Origin: Phycisphaerae bacterium
GTDB lineage: Bacteria > Planctomycetota > Phycisphaerae > Sedimentisphaerales > Anaerobacaceae
NCBI GenBank assembly: GCA_026386805.1
Contig: JAPLMX010000171.1
Location: 8,176-72,175 of the forward strand
DNA: 64,000 nt
Reading direction: 5' to 3'
Positions 26,654-35,260 of this stretch are shown piece after piece. Below the pieces are notes generated by a model that saw only the letters and a list, made by a program, of their open reading frames with translations, ran no database searches and was not told the DNA's origin. The position numbers were made by a program, and so were the translations under genes. How positions within the stretch are numbered: the stretch's first letter is position 1; every line of letters starts with the position of its first letter.

Positions 26654-26926
26654 ATGGATAGTAGTTTCGCCCTCTATCTCGGCCGACACACGCTGGAGAC
26701 GGCGTTGCTGCTCGCCGCGCCGATCCTGATCGTCTGCCTGGTCGTCGGCATCGTGGTGACGCTGTTTCAGGCCGTCACATCGATTCGGGATATGACGCTG
26801 ACGACCGTCCCCAAGCTCCTCGCTCTCGGGGTCGTCATGCTGGTGTTCAGCAGTTGGATGCTTCAGGTAACACTACGCTTCACCACCGAGATCTTCGCCT
26901 ATATTCAGAACATCGGAGGCAGTTGA
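26654..26926 (+). CDS. fliQ: Flagellar export apparatus protein FliQ
   Basis: 90 aa, two TM segments, TLETALLLAAPILIVCLVVGIVVTLFQAVTSIRDMTLTTVPKLL. Confidence 0.92.
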   Translation: MDSSFALYLGRHTLETALLLAAPILIVCLVVGIVVTLFQAVTSIRDMTLTTVPKLLALGVVMLVFSSWMLQVTLRFTTEIFAYIQNIGGS

Positions 26927-26960
26927 TGACACGGGAAACCCTAACCGTTGGACGTTCTCC

Positions 26961-27695
26961 ATGCTGCTCGGCTTTGCCCTGGTCCTGACTCGTGTCTCGA
27001 GTTTCCTGCTGGTGCTGCCGGTCTTCGGATCGAAGGCCATTCCCATGCAGATCAAGGCAGCCGCGGCGCTCCTGTTGTCCTTGTTCTTCTGCACCACGGC
27101 GCCGCTCGGAATCGACCCCGCCCAAATCTCCACCCTGGAGGCCATCCTGCTGCTGGCGAACGAAGCCATTTACGGCCTGGCGCTGGGGCTGATCGTCGCC
27201 TTGCTGTTTTCGGTCGTACCGCTCAGCGGGCACATCATCGAGCAGCAGATGGGATTGACCATGGCCGAGATCATCGACCCGCTGACGGACGAAGAGGCCG
27301 GCCCGCTGGCCAGCCTGCTGGAGATGATCTTCCTCCTGCTGTTCCTGAGCGCCAACGGCCACCATGTGTTTCTGCTGATCCTCTCCAAGAGCTACAGCGT
27401 CTTCCCGGCAGGCACCATCCCCACGCTGGGCATCTTGGTCGGCAGCGTCATCGAGACCGGCTCGGCGATGTTCGTCGCCTCTCTGCGCTTGGCGGCCCCC
27501 ATCATGGCGGCGTTTCTGATCCTGATGGTGGCCTTGGCGCTGCTGGCCCGGCTGATCCCCGAGATGGATATCTTCTTCATCAGCATGCCGGTGCAGGTGG
27601 CCCTCGGCTTGTTCCTGGCCGCCGCCTTCATGCCCTTGGTGGGCGGGTACGTGAGTGAAATGGCCGACTGGATGGCAAAGCTGTTGCCCCTTTGA
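26961..27695 (+). CDS. fliR: Flagellar export apparatus protein FliR
   Basis: 244-aa polytopic membrane protein, LLGFALVLTRVSSFLLVLPVFGSKAIPMQIK. Position between fliQ and flhB. Confidence 0.88.
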   Translation: MLLGFALVLTRVSSFLLVLPVFGSKAIPMQIKAAAALLLSLFFCTTAPLGIDPAQISTLEAILLLANEAIYGLALGLIVALLFSVVPLSGHIIEQQMGLTMAEIIDPLTDEEAGPLASLLEMIFLLLFLSANGHHVFLLILSKSYSVFPAGTIPTLGILVGSVIETGSAMFVASLRLAAPIMAAFLILMVALALLARLIPEMDIFFISMPVQVALGLFLAAAFMPLVGGYVSEMADWMAKLLPL

Positions 27696-27789
27696 ATTGA
27701 TGACTGATGAGGGATGATTGATGATTGTCAGAAACGAAAAGTCCGTGCTCCATAACCAATAATCAATAATCCATCATCCATAATCAATA
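27696..27789. repeat. Low-complexity hairpin element (family E) between fliR and flhB
   Basis: attgatgactgatgagggatgattgatgattg ... caataatcaataatccatcatccataatcaat. Confidence 0.7.
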
Positions 27790-27792
27790 CCC

Positions 27793-28872
27793 ATGGCCGA
27801 TCAACCTGCCAGCGAAAAAACGGAACAACCGACGCCGCGACGGCTCGAAAAGGCGCGGGACGAAGGCAAAGTCCCCCAGAGCCAGGAGCTGGCGGGCGCG
27901 GTGACGCTGCTGTCGCTGCTGCTCAGCCTGGCCGTGCTGGCCCCCAGCCTGCTTCAATGGTTCGAGCGTAAGGTCGAGTGGGGTCTTGCGGCGGGCCCCG
28001 TCACGGCCTTCTCCGACGTCCCCGCGTTCCTCCGCATGGTCCATCAGAATACCATCGACCTGATCGTTGTTCTTTTGCCCATTTTCACCGTGCTGGCCGT
28101 GGCCGGTGTCGTGGCAAGCCTCGCCGTAGGCGGCCTGACCTTCACGCCGGCAGCTCTGCGGCTGCGGTGGGAGGAGATCAATCCCGCTCATACCATCCCG
28201 AACCTGATCAGCCAGCGGGCGGCGGTCCGCCTGCTGGCCTCCATTCTCAAGCTCTTCTTTGTGAGCATCATCGTCTGGCTGTACCTGAATGACCAGCTAC
28301 CGGCGCTGGCCGCGCTGCGCTGGGCCTGGTCCGCCGAGATCATGGCCGCCACCGCCAAGATCATTTTCGGTCTGGGACTGCGGGTGGGTCTGGCCATCGC
28401 CGTCATCGGACTGGCCGATGCCCTGTATCAGAAGTGGCAGCACACCCAGGAGCTGAAGATGACCCGCCAGGAGGTCAAGCAGGAGCGTAAGGACACGGAG
28501 GGCGCTCCCGAGATCAAGGCCCGCATTCGCCGCATTCAGGTCGAGATGTCGATGCGGCGGCTCAAACAACAGGTGCCCAAGGCCAACGTGATTCTGGTCA
28601 ACCCGACGCACGTCGCCGTCGCCCTGCGGTATGACGCCAAGACGATGGAAGCGCCGATGCTCCTGGCCAAAGGCGCCGACCTCATGGCCCAGCGGATCGT
28701 CACAATCGCGCGGTCCTACGGCATCCCCATCGTCCAGCGTCCCGAGGTCGCCCGCACGATCTACGCCAATGTCAAGCCCGGCCAGCCCATCCCCGAGGCC
28801 CTGTACATGGCGGTGGCGGAAGTGCTCGCCATGCTCTATCGCCTCCGCCAGAAAAAGAGAGGGGGGAAGTAG
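27793..28872 (+). CDS. flhB: Flagellar export switch protein FlhB
   Basis: 359 aa. SEKTEQPTPRRLEKARDEGKVPQSQEL, four TM segments, and autocleavage site NPTHVAVAL. Confidence 0.95.
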   Translation: MADQPASEKTEQPTPRRLEKARDEGKVPQSQELAGAVTLLSLLLSLAVLAPSLLQWFERKVEWGLAAGPVTAFSDVPAFLRMVHQNTIDLIVVLLPIFTVLAVAGVVASLAVGGLTFTPAALRLRWEEINPAHTIPNLISQRAAVRLLASILKLFFVSIIVWLYLNDQLPALAALRWAWSAEIMAATAKIIFGLGLRVGLAIAVIGLADALYQKWQHTQELKMTRQEVKQERKDTEGAPEIKARIRRIQVEMSMRRLKQQVPKANVILVNPTHVAVALRYDAKTMEAPMLLAKGADLMAQRIVTIARSYGIPIVQRPEVARTIYANVKPGQPIPEALYMAVAEVLAMLYRLRQKKRGGK

Positions 28873-28940
28873 GAAGTGTGAAGTTTGATTTATGATTCCT
28901 CATTTAGGAATCTACTGTCAACCAACAACCATCACACTTC
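28873..28940. repeat. Low-complexity hairpin (family D-like) between convergent flhB and fliD
   Basis: gaagtgtgaagtttgatttatgattcc ... caaccaacaaccatcacacttc. Confidence 0.7.
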
Positions 28941-28943
28941 GAA

Positions 28944-31370
28944 TCATTTGCTGGTGCTTGTGGTCGTGACCCCCAAGGCGGCCATCTGGTTCTGGATCAG
29001 GGTCAGGGTCTTTTCCAGCCGGGCGAACCGCGCCGTCAAAGCCTTCTGCTTCTGCGTCAGGCGATCCTGCTCGACCTTGATCTGATCCTGAAGATGCTGG
29101 ATCTGATCGTCGATGCCCTTGCGGTCCACCGTAAGAACGCCGGTCGTCGCATCCAGCATCCGATCCAGGGCGTCCGACATCGCCCCGGCGAAGCCCTGCT
29201 GGACTCGAACCGTGGCCGTGAAGGTCCCGTCCTGGCTCCGATCGATGCTCAACTGGAGGCCGTTCTCCGGATAGAGCGGATCGCCGTTCTCGCTGAACGT
29301 GCTGTTCCCGAGAATCGTATTGCCCTGGTTCGTGGCATCGCGGTACGTGGTCTCGCCTTCGGTTTTGATCTTGGCGCTCGTGATAATCCCGCCGGAGATG
29401 GTCACCTGCACGTTGTACGTGCCGGCCGTGGTGTTGTCGCCCGAGGCGCCGTAGAACTTGATGGTATTGCTGTCGGAGTTGCCGGTTTTATCGGCCCCGA
29501 TGATGGCGAGCACACCCGCATAGTCCTCGGCAATGGCCTGGTCGAAGGTGCCGGCGGTCAGACTCAGCTTCCCGTCCTTGTCGAGATCGAGCCCGATCTG
29601 GCCAGGTATGACGAAGCTATCCAGCGCGGTGGCGAAGCCGCTGGCCTGCTGGATCAACAACATGTGCAGGTCATCGGCGGCGTCGGACACCACCGAATCG
29701 CCCATGAGGACGCCGGCGGTCTTGCTGGCAACGTCGTAGCCGGTCTTCTCCTCGTACAGGGTGATCGCCGCGTTGTACGCCGACACGATCGAGTTGACTT
29801 TTGTTTTGATCGACGTGGTATCCCGCGTCAAGTCGAGCTGCACGCTCCCGGTGTCGTGCAGGTGCAACGTCACGCCGGTAACAACGTTGTCGATCGTGTT
29901 CGAGCTGCGGGTGATCCATTCGTCCGCGCCCAAGGGGTACCCATCCACCTTGATCTGGGAATCCTGGGCGGACTGGGTCTTGGTGAAGTCGGCGGCCGCA
30001 AAGCCGGCCAGATCCGCCGTGATCGTCTCACCTTGCACGGACTCACTGATGGCAGGAATGTCCAAAGTGGTGGAACCCGACCCCGGGTTGTAGGTCAGGC
30101 TCAACTCCATCTGGCTCGTGCCGCTCGTGTGGTCGGTCAGCCGGATTTTGCCATTCTCCAGAGTGGCCGTCGCGGTGCCGCCAAACGCGTCGTTGATTTT
30201 CTGAATGAGATCGCTGAGTTTCGTACTCCCCGTGACGGAGAGACTCTGACTGGCCGCCGTCCCATCGTGCTTCTTGCCGCTGATGGTGATGGACTCGTCC
30301 CCCATGAGCGTGCCGAACGTGTCGTCAAACTCGTTCAGGTCGACGATCGCATCGGTCAACTCGCCATTCGCACCGCCTGCGGTAGCGGTAAAGGACGAGG
30401 CGGCCTGCCAGACTTCCCGGTTGCTCGAAGGGATGGCAGGAGTATCGAACGTGGTGGAGCCCGTCCCGGCGTTGTAGGTCAGGCTCAATTCCATCTGGCT
30501 GGGGCCGCAGGTGGCGTCGGTGAGCCGGATTTGGCCGTTGACCAGGGTGGCCGTGGCGGTGCCGTTAAAGGCGGTGTTGATCTCCTGAATGAGTTGACTG
30601 AGCTTGGTGGTCGAGTAGAGCATGAGGTTCTGACTGACGGCTGTCCCATCATGCGTCTTGCCGCTGATGGTGATGTACTCACCTCCTACGAGGGTGCCGT
30701 CGAGCTGGCTCAGACCAGAGATCGCATCCGTCAGTTCCGCGTTCGCAGTGCCGGTCGTGAAGGACGAGGCCGCCTCCGAGACTTCCGTGTCGTTCGCATT
30801 GACCGAAATCGCGTAGTCCGAGCCGGCGTCGTTGCCGTTGAGCATGAGATGATACGAGTTGTTGTAGAACAGCAGGTTGGCCGTCACGCCCGGATTGTTC
30901 GCATCGTTGTTGATCAGGCCGACCAGGTCTTCCAGCGTGGTATCGGCCGTGGTCGTGATCGTTGTCTCCTGGTGATTATACGAATAGATGAACGTCCCCG
31001 CGCCGACGGGGTCCTGGGCGTACTCCTGGCCGGCCGTATGAACCCACCGCTCCGGACTGGCGAGCTGATTGATGACGATGGCGTGGTTGCCTTCGAAAGC
31101 GCTGTTCGAGACCTCCGCCGTCAGAATGTCGGTGTCGCTGGACGCCGCCGTGAAGGCCCGCAACGTGCTCGCGTCAGAAATCGCGGCCGTGGCGGTTTTG
31201 AGCGACTGCAGCTTGGTTTGCAGATCGTTGAGGGCAGTCTCCCGAGTGCTCAACGTCTGTTGGCGCGTCTGGTACCGTTTGATCGTTCCTTGCTCCGCCG
31301 CGATGAGCTGGCTGACCAACGTCTGCGTGTCGATGCCTGAGAACAGGCCTCCCAGTTGTATGCTTGCCAT
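28944..31370 (-). CDS. fliD: Flagellar filament cap protein FliD (enlarged, with internal tandem duplication)
   Basis: 808 aa. N-terminus MASIQLGGLFSGIDTQTLVSQLIAAEQGTIKRYQTRQQTL and a C-terminal coiled coil DQIQHLQDQIKVEQDRLTQKQKALTARFARLEKTLTLIQNQM. Confidence 0.93.
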   Translation of the reverse strand: MASIQLGGLFSGIDTQTLVSQLIAAEQGTIKRYQTRQQTLSTRETALNDLQTKLQSLKTATAAISDASTLRAFTAASSDTDILTAEVSNSAFEGNHAIVINQLASPERWVHTAGQEYAQDPVGAGTFIYSYNHQETTITTTADTTLEDLVGLINNDANNPGVTANLLFYNNSYHLMLNGNDAGSDYAISVNANDTEVSEAASSFTTGTANAELTDAISGLSQLDGTLVGGEYITISGKTHDGTAVSQNLMLYSTTKLSQLIQEINTAFNGTATATLVNGQIRLTDATCGPSQMELSLTYNAGTGSTTFDTPAIPSSNREVWQAASSFTATAGGANGELTDAIVDLNEFDDTFGTLMGDESITISGKKHDGTAASQSLSVTGSTKLSDLIQKINDAFGGTATATLENGKIRLTDHTSGTSQMELSLTYNPGSGSTTLDIPAISESVQGETITADLAGFAAADFTKTQSAQDSQIKVDGYPLGADEWITRSSNTIDNVVTGVTLHLHDTGSVQLDLTRDTTSIKTKVNSIVSAYNAAITLYEEKTGYDVASKTAGVLMGDSVVSDAADDLHMLLIQQASGFATALDSFVIPGQIGLDLDKDGKLSLTAGTFDQAIAEDYAGVLAIIGADKTGNSDSNTIKFYGASGDNTTAGTYNVQVTISGGIITSAKIKTEGETTYRDATNQGNTILGNSTFSENGDPLYPENGLQLSIDRSQDGTFTATVRVQQGFAGAMSDALDRMLDATTGVLTVDRKGIDDQIQHLQDQIKVEQDRLTQKQKALTARFARLEKTLTLIQNQMAALGVTTTSTSK

Positions 31371-31490
31371 GATTATTCACCCTTCTGAACTGACGACGGA
31401 TAACTGACAATGGAGGATCGGAGACAAAGGCCCGCCCCATCCCCAATCAACCACCATCCAGCATCAACAATCCACCAGGCCCATCTCTTA

Positions 31491-31859
31491 TTATCGACGG
31501 AAAACCGTTGTCCGTGAGCCATAAGTACTCAGCACCTTCTTGCCCCGGCGGACAGCGTTCAGGGCGGCCAAGACCTCCGTTCGCTGCGACATCAACGCCA
31601 AAGCCAGCTTTTGATAGAGCCGCTCGATGCATTGCCACTGTGGCGTCGAGCCTTGCCCAACGGCCCCCCGAGAGCCGGTGATCCCCCGCACGCATCGGTC
31701 GGTCTCGTCGAACAGATCCATGGCGGCCGCCAGGCGGCCCCGATGCACCAGCGCAAGTTGGCTCTGGAGCAACCCCTGCAAACGGTCCAGCATCACCCCA
31801 GGCTCGCCCTCCCTAGAGGCGGCACGCCGCGGCGGTTCGCTTGACGGCGCGTCGCTCAT
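31491..31859 (-). CDS. Hypothetical small helical protein in the slot immediately upstream of fliD
   Basis: 122-aa ORF whose ATG overlaps the TPR gene stop (31856-31859). No motif I can assign. Predicted helical (LQGLLQSQLALVHRGRLAAAMDLF, RLYQKLALALMSQRTEVLAALNAV). Confidence 0.45.
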   Translation of the reverse strand: MSDAPSSEPPRRAASREGEPGVMLDRLQGLLQSQLALVHRGRLAAAMDLFDETDRCVRGITGSRGAVGQGSTPQWQCIERLYQKLALALMSQRTEVLAALNAVRRGKKVLSTYGSRTTVFRR

Positions 31860-32521
31860 GGGGCCTCCGCCCCGCCCTCGGCGCAGAGCGCCGCGGCGCC
31901 TCGGGGCGGCGCGTCGGCGAGGCTGTGCTCGACTTCTTCGAGCAAATTGGCGGCGTCGCGGTTAGCAGGCTCCATCGTCAACAGGTTCAGCAGCATCGCC
32001 TTCGCATGCCCCAGCCGGCCGTCCTTGCGATACAGGGCGGCCAGGGCAAACATCACGGAGGTGTCGCCCGGATGCATCGACAGGTAGACTTCGAGATAGG
32101 AGACGATCTTGGCAAAGGAACCCATCTCGCACGAGACCTGGAACAACCCCAGGAGGACCATGATATTGTCCGTGTCCAGCTCGAGCGATTTCATGTAGAA
32201 ATCGAAAGCCCGGGACAAGTCCCGCTGCTGCTGGGCGACCATCGCCAGCCCCGCGCAGGCTTTCGCGCATTTCGGGTCCAGGCGGTAGGCCACGCGAAAC
32301 GCGATCTCCGCGTCCTCGAGCTTGCCCATCTGCAGGGCGGCGACCCCGAGGCCGACATACGGTCCCGGCTCATCGGGACCGAGGGAGGCGGCCTTCTCAT
32401 AGCAGTGCTGGGCCTGGGTGTACCTGCCGACAGAGGTGTAGCAGTCCCCCAACTCCCGCAGGGCCTCGTAGTGTTGCGTGCGTGGATACCGGTCCATGCC
32501 ATGGGTGTTTGCTGCGCTCAT
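31856..32521 (-). CDS. TPR-repeat protein
   Basis: 221 aa with repeated A-x-x-x-Y/F-x-x-A-L-x-L-D-P type units (YEKAASLGPDEP, FRVAYRLDPKCAKA, YMKSLELDTDN). Confidence 0.75.
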   Translation of the reverse strand: MSAANTHGMDRYPRTQHYEALRELGDCYTSVGRYTQAQHCYEKAASLGPDEPGPYVGLGVAALQMGKLEDAEIAFRVAYRLDPKCAKACAGLAMVAQQQRDLSRAFDFYMKSLELDTDNIMVLLGLFQVSCEMGSFAKIVSYLEVYLSMHPGDTSVMFALAALYRKDGRLGHAKAMLLNLLTMEPANRDAANLLEEVEHSLADAPPRGAAALCAEGGAEAP

Positions 32522-34047
32522 GCTTGCCTCATTCTGTCTTCAGCGACGGGCTCATCAGGCCGGCCCATCACGGTAATTACTTCTCGACCCATAGCCGCCG
32601 CCTGCGGGTCGAGCTCGGTCTCCATTTGCGAAAGGATGTCGTCGACTTTCCGCAACTGCGGCTCGAGCGGATAACGCTCCTCCACGAAGCGACGGTATTG
32701 CCGCGGCTCGTAGTCGCTGGCGAGAACCTGCGTGCAGAACTGCTCGGCGATATTGAACAGGTATGGCGGCCCCAGCAGCTCGGCTGCCCCCGGGAAGTTG
32801 TGGACGACCGGCTTTAGTCCGCAGGCCATTGCCGCCAGCAGGTCCTCGACCGGGTTGGCCTCGATGCCCCCCGCCACGACAAAGTGCTTGTCGCTCAACC
32901 AGGCGTTCAGGTCGCCCGGATGGGACTCGAAGAAAACCACTTCGTTCAGGTCCAGGGTCCGGACCATGTGCCGAACGTACTGCTCCAGCATGGGGCTCTC
33001 GAACGTTCCCGAGAAGAACAGCTTGTATCCAGGATCCATGTAGTGCAGCTTCTGCATGCACTGGAGCAGAAGAGCGGGATTCGCCTCCATCGTCAGACCG
33101 CCGAGGCAGGCCAGGTGCTTGCCCCGGTCCCGCCGCCGCAGCACATAGCGCCGGAGGTTGACCCCCTGCGGGACGGCCGCGAGCCGGGTTCGGCGGCGCA
33201 GGTCCGGCGCCTGCTGGAGCAGGGCTTCTTCGACGGCCCGGCCGCCGATCGGCGCCAGGACGTCCACGTTCTCCCACAGGACCTCCTGCACCCAGCGGTC
33301 CCGGACGTCCGACCGGCGAACGCTGACGACGATTCGGGGGTCTCCGGACGCCGCAGACCGCGCCTGGGTCCCCTCCCCCCGGCCGGCCCGCCGCGACGCC
33401 GCGACGGCCATCGCGCCGCCGCCATAGAACCAAGCAATGTCGCTCCACTGCATCAGTTTTTCGATCCCCTCCGGGCCGCGGCCGTCGCAGAACTCCGTCC
33501 GGTAGCGCTGCTGCACGAACGCGAGGAGCTCGGCCGGCGTGCCACCCTCGCCCGAACCCCGCGGGAAGAAGGCCACCTTGGGCCGCTTACCGCGGATCAC
33601 GTCGAGAATCGGCGGCAGGACCTCCTGCGCGGGCCAGAGCCGGTGCGAGCGAAGCAGCACCTCGATGGCTGGGCCCTTGCGGTCCTGATCGAGCAGCATC
33701 GTGGCGGTCCGGTTCAGGACGTCGATACTCAGCGTACCGGTCCGCTCCATGTCGTCGAAGAGACGGATCGCCTCGACCGGCCGGCCGCCGCCCAGATAGG
33801 TCTCGACCAGGTTCCACACGATCTGGGCATCATCCGCCTGGAGCTGCCGCGCCTTCGTCAGAAGGCCGATCGCCTCGTCCGTGCGGCCCAGGCAGTGCAG
33901 GATCGCCCCCGCATCATTGAGAGCCCCGGCATCCTGCGGCATGCGGCGAAGATGCTCGCGCAGACAAGTCCACCCTTCCTCGTATTTCCCGGCTTCGGCC
34001 AGCTCCAGACCTCGCCGATACGGGCTGGAGTCCGTCTTCATGGTCAT
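32518..34047 (-). CDS. TPR + GT4-type glycosyltransferase fusion protein
   Basis: Start MTMKTDSS at 34047, preceded by AGGAG. The listed longer ORF would overlap flgL. N-terminal TPRs (GLELAEAGKYEEG, LGRTDEAIGLLTKARQLQADD). C-terminal VVAGGIEANPVEDLLAAMACGLKPVVHNFPGAAELL is GT1-like. Confidence 0.75.
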   Translation of the reverse strand: MTMKTDSSPYRRGLELAEAGKYEEGWTCLREHLRRMPQDAGALNDAGAILHCLGRTDEAIGLLTKARQLQADDAQIVWNLVETYLGGGRPVEAIRLFDDMERTGTLSIDVLNRTATMLLDQDRKGPAIEVLLRSHRLWPAQEVLPPILDVIRGKRPKVAFFPRGSGEGGTPAELLAFVQQRYRTEFCDGRGPEGIEKLMQWSDIAWFYGGGAMAVAASRRAGRGEGTQARSAASGDPRIVVSVRRSDVRDRWVQEVLWENVDVLAPIGGRAVEEALLQQAPDLRRRTRLAAVPQGVNLRRYVLRRRDRGKHLACLGGLTMEANPALLLQCMQKLHYMDPGYKLFFSGTFESPMLEQYVRHMVRTLDLNEVVFFESHPGDLNAWLSDKHFVVAGGIEANPVEDLLAAMACGLKPVVHNFPGAAELLGPPYLFNIAEQFCTQVLASDYEPRQYRRFVEERYPLEPQLRKVDDILSQMETELDPQAAAMGREVITVMGRPDEPVAEDRMRQA

Positions 34048-34058
34048 GCGTTTCACTC

Positions 34059-35246
34059 CTATTGAATGAAGTCCAGCAGCGACATCGTCATCAGTTTCCC
34101 GGCGACGGACAGGGACATCTGATAGAGCACCTGCTCGCGGGACAAGTCGATGGCAATCTGGGCCACGTCCGCCTGCTGCAAGCGTGTCGTCTGATCCTGG
34201 GTATCGTACTGCATGGTCTCCAGATTCTGTTTCAGCGTGTCCAGGAATCCGATCTGGGAGCCGGTGGTGACATTGGCCTGCACGAGACGATTTCGGACTT
34301 CCTCCACGCCGGCAACACACTCGTTGACATAGCTAGTCAAATCTTGAGAGGCCACGCCGTGGCCGTCCGTCAGCATGTCCCTCAAACCGATCAGGGCATT
34401 GAAGGCATCATACGTTCCCGGCAAGCGAACCAGCTCGACCCCCGTCTTATTGATTCCGGTCGTATTCACGTACAGAACGCGGCCCGTGCGAGAGTCCGTC
34501 ACGGCCTGGTTCGTATCCCCGCCCGGAGGCACGGTCACGAACGTCGCGCCATCGTCGACGGAAACCCGATAGTTGGCGCCATTGTAGTCCACCGTCAGCC
34601 ACGCGTCGCCCCGCAGGCTGGACGTCCCGGTTCCAGCCGCCGCCCCCGTCGAGCCGAGAAACACCGGAGCCCCGCGGTTGTCGTTGCGGAAAACCTCGTC
34701 GCCGACCGGGCCGGCCGCCACGTCCAGCCCGGGCGCCACGTCCACGCGACGCGCCTCGTCGCTCCCCTGATAGGTCACGCTGGCGATCTTGCCTCCTTCC
34801 CGCACCACGACATAGGGGGCGGCCCCCGTGTTGTTGCCGCCAAAGAGGTACTGGTTCGCGTACTTGGTGTTCGCCAGCGAGACCAGTTGTTCCAGCGCGC
34901 TGTCGACCTTTTCGGCGATCCTCTTCCGGCCGTCGGCGTCGTAAATGCCTCCGACGATCTGGCTCAGAAGCGTCCGGACGTCCGCCAATTGCGAAGCCAT
35001 GTTCGTGATGATCGTCGAGGACATCTGCAGACTGCCGGTCAGATCGGCGATGTTCCCGACGTAGCTGTCCAGGGATCGCTCCTGGGAGCTCAACCCCAGG
35101 ATCCGGTACGCCTCGGAGGGGTCGTCGGAGGCCCGATTGACCCGGTTGCCGGTGGACGCCTGCTCCTGAAGCTGACTGATCGACTGGCCGTGCAGTTGCA
35201 GGGCGTAGCTAATGCTCTCGTAGATGCCGGTCAAGGATCCGCTCAT
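34059..35246 (-). CDS. flgL: Flagellar hook-filament junction protein FlgL
   Basis: 395 aa. ISQLQEQASTGNRVNRASDDPSEAYRILGL and C-terminal QIAIDLSREQVLYQMSLSVAGKLMTMSLLDFIQ. Confidence 0.9.
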   Translation of the reverse strand: MSGSLTGIYESISYALQLHGQSISQLQEQASTGNRVNRASDDPSEAYRILGLSSQERSLDSYVGNIADLTGSLQMSSTIITNMASQLADVRTLLSQIVGGIYDADGRKRIAEKVDSALEQLVSLANTKYANQYLFGGNNTGAAPYVVVREGGKIASVTYQGSDEARRVDVAPGLDVAAGPVGDEVFRNDNRGAPVFLGSTGAAAGTGTSSLRGDAWLTVDYNGANYRVSVDDGATFVTVPPGGDTNQAVTDSRTGRVLYVNTTGINKTGVELVRLPGTYDAFNALIGLRDMLTDGHGVASQDLTSYVNECVAGVEEVRNRLVQANVTTGSQIGFLDTLKQNLETMQYDTQDQTTRLQQADVAQIAIDLSREQVLYQMSLSVAGKLMTMSLLDFIQ

Positions 35247-35260
35247 GATCGCCCTTACAT

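Noticed and set aside
29488-29495. Perfect GCCGATAA (minus strand) inside fliD as a sigma-28 -10 element
   Set aside because: There is no TAAA-like -35 at the required spacing, and it is internal to the gene.
29094-31340. 748-aa plus-strand ORF across fliD
   Set aside because: Antisense shadow of FliD, with G/R/V-rich repetitive composition mirroring the FliD duplication.
32518-34320. Longest version (600 aa) of the TPR-glycosyltransferase ORF
   Set aside because: Its first 91 codons overlap the 3' end of flgL and are Arg/Gly-rich. ATG 34047, preceded by AGGAG and 11 nt after the flgL stop, is the credible start.
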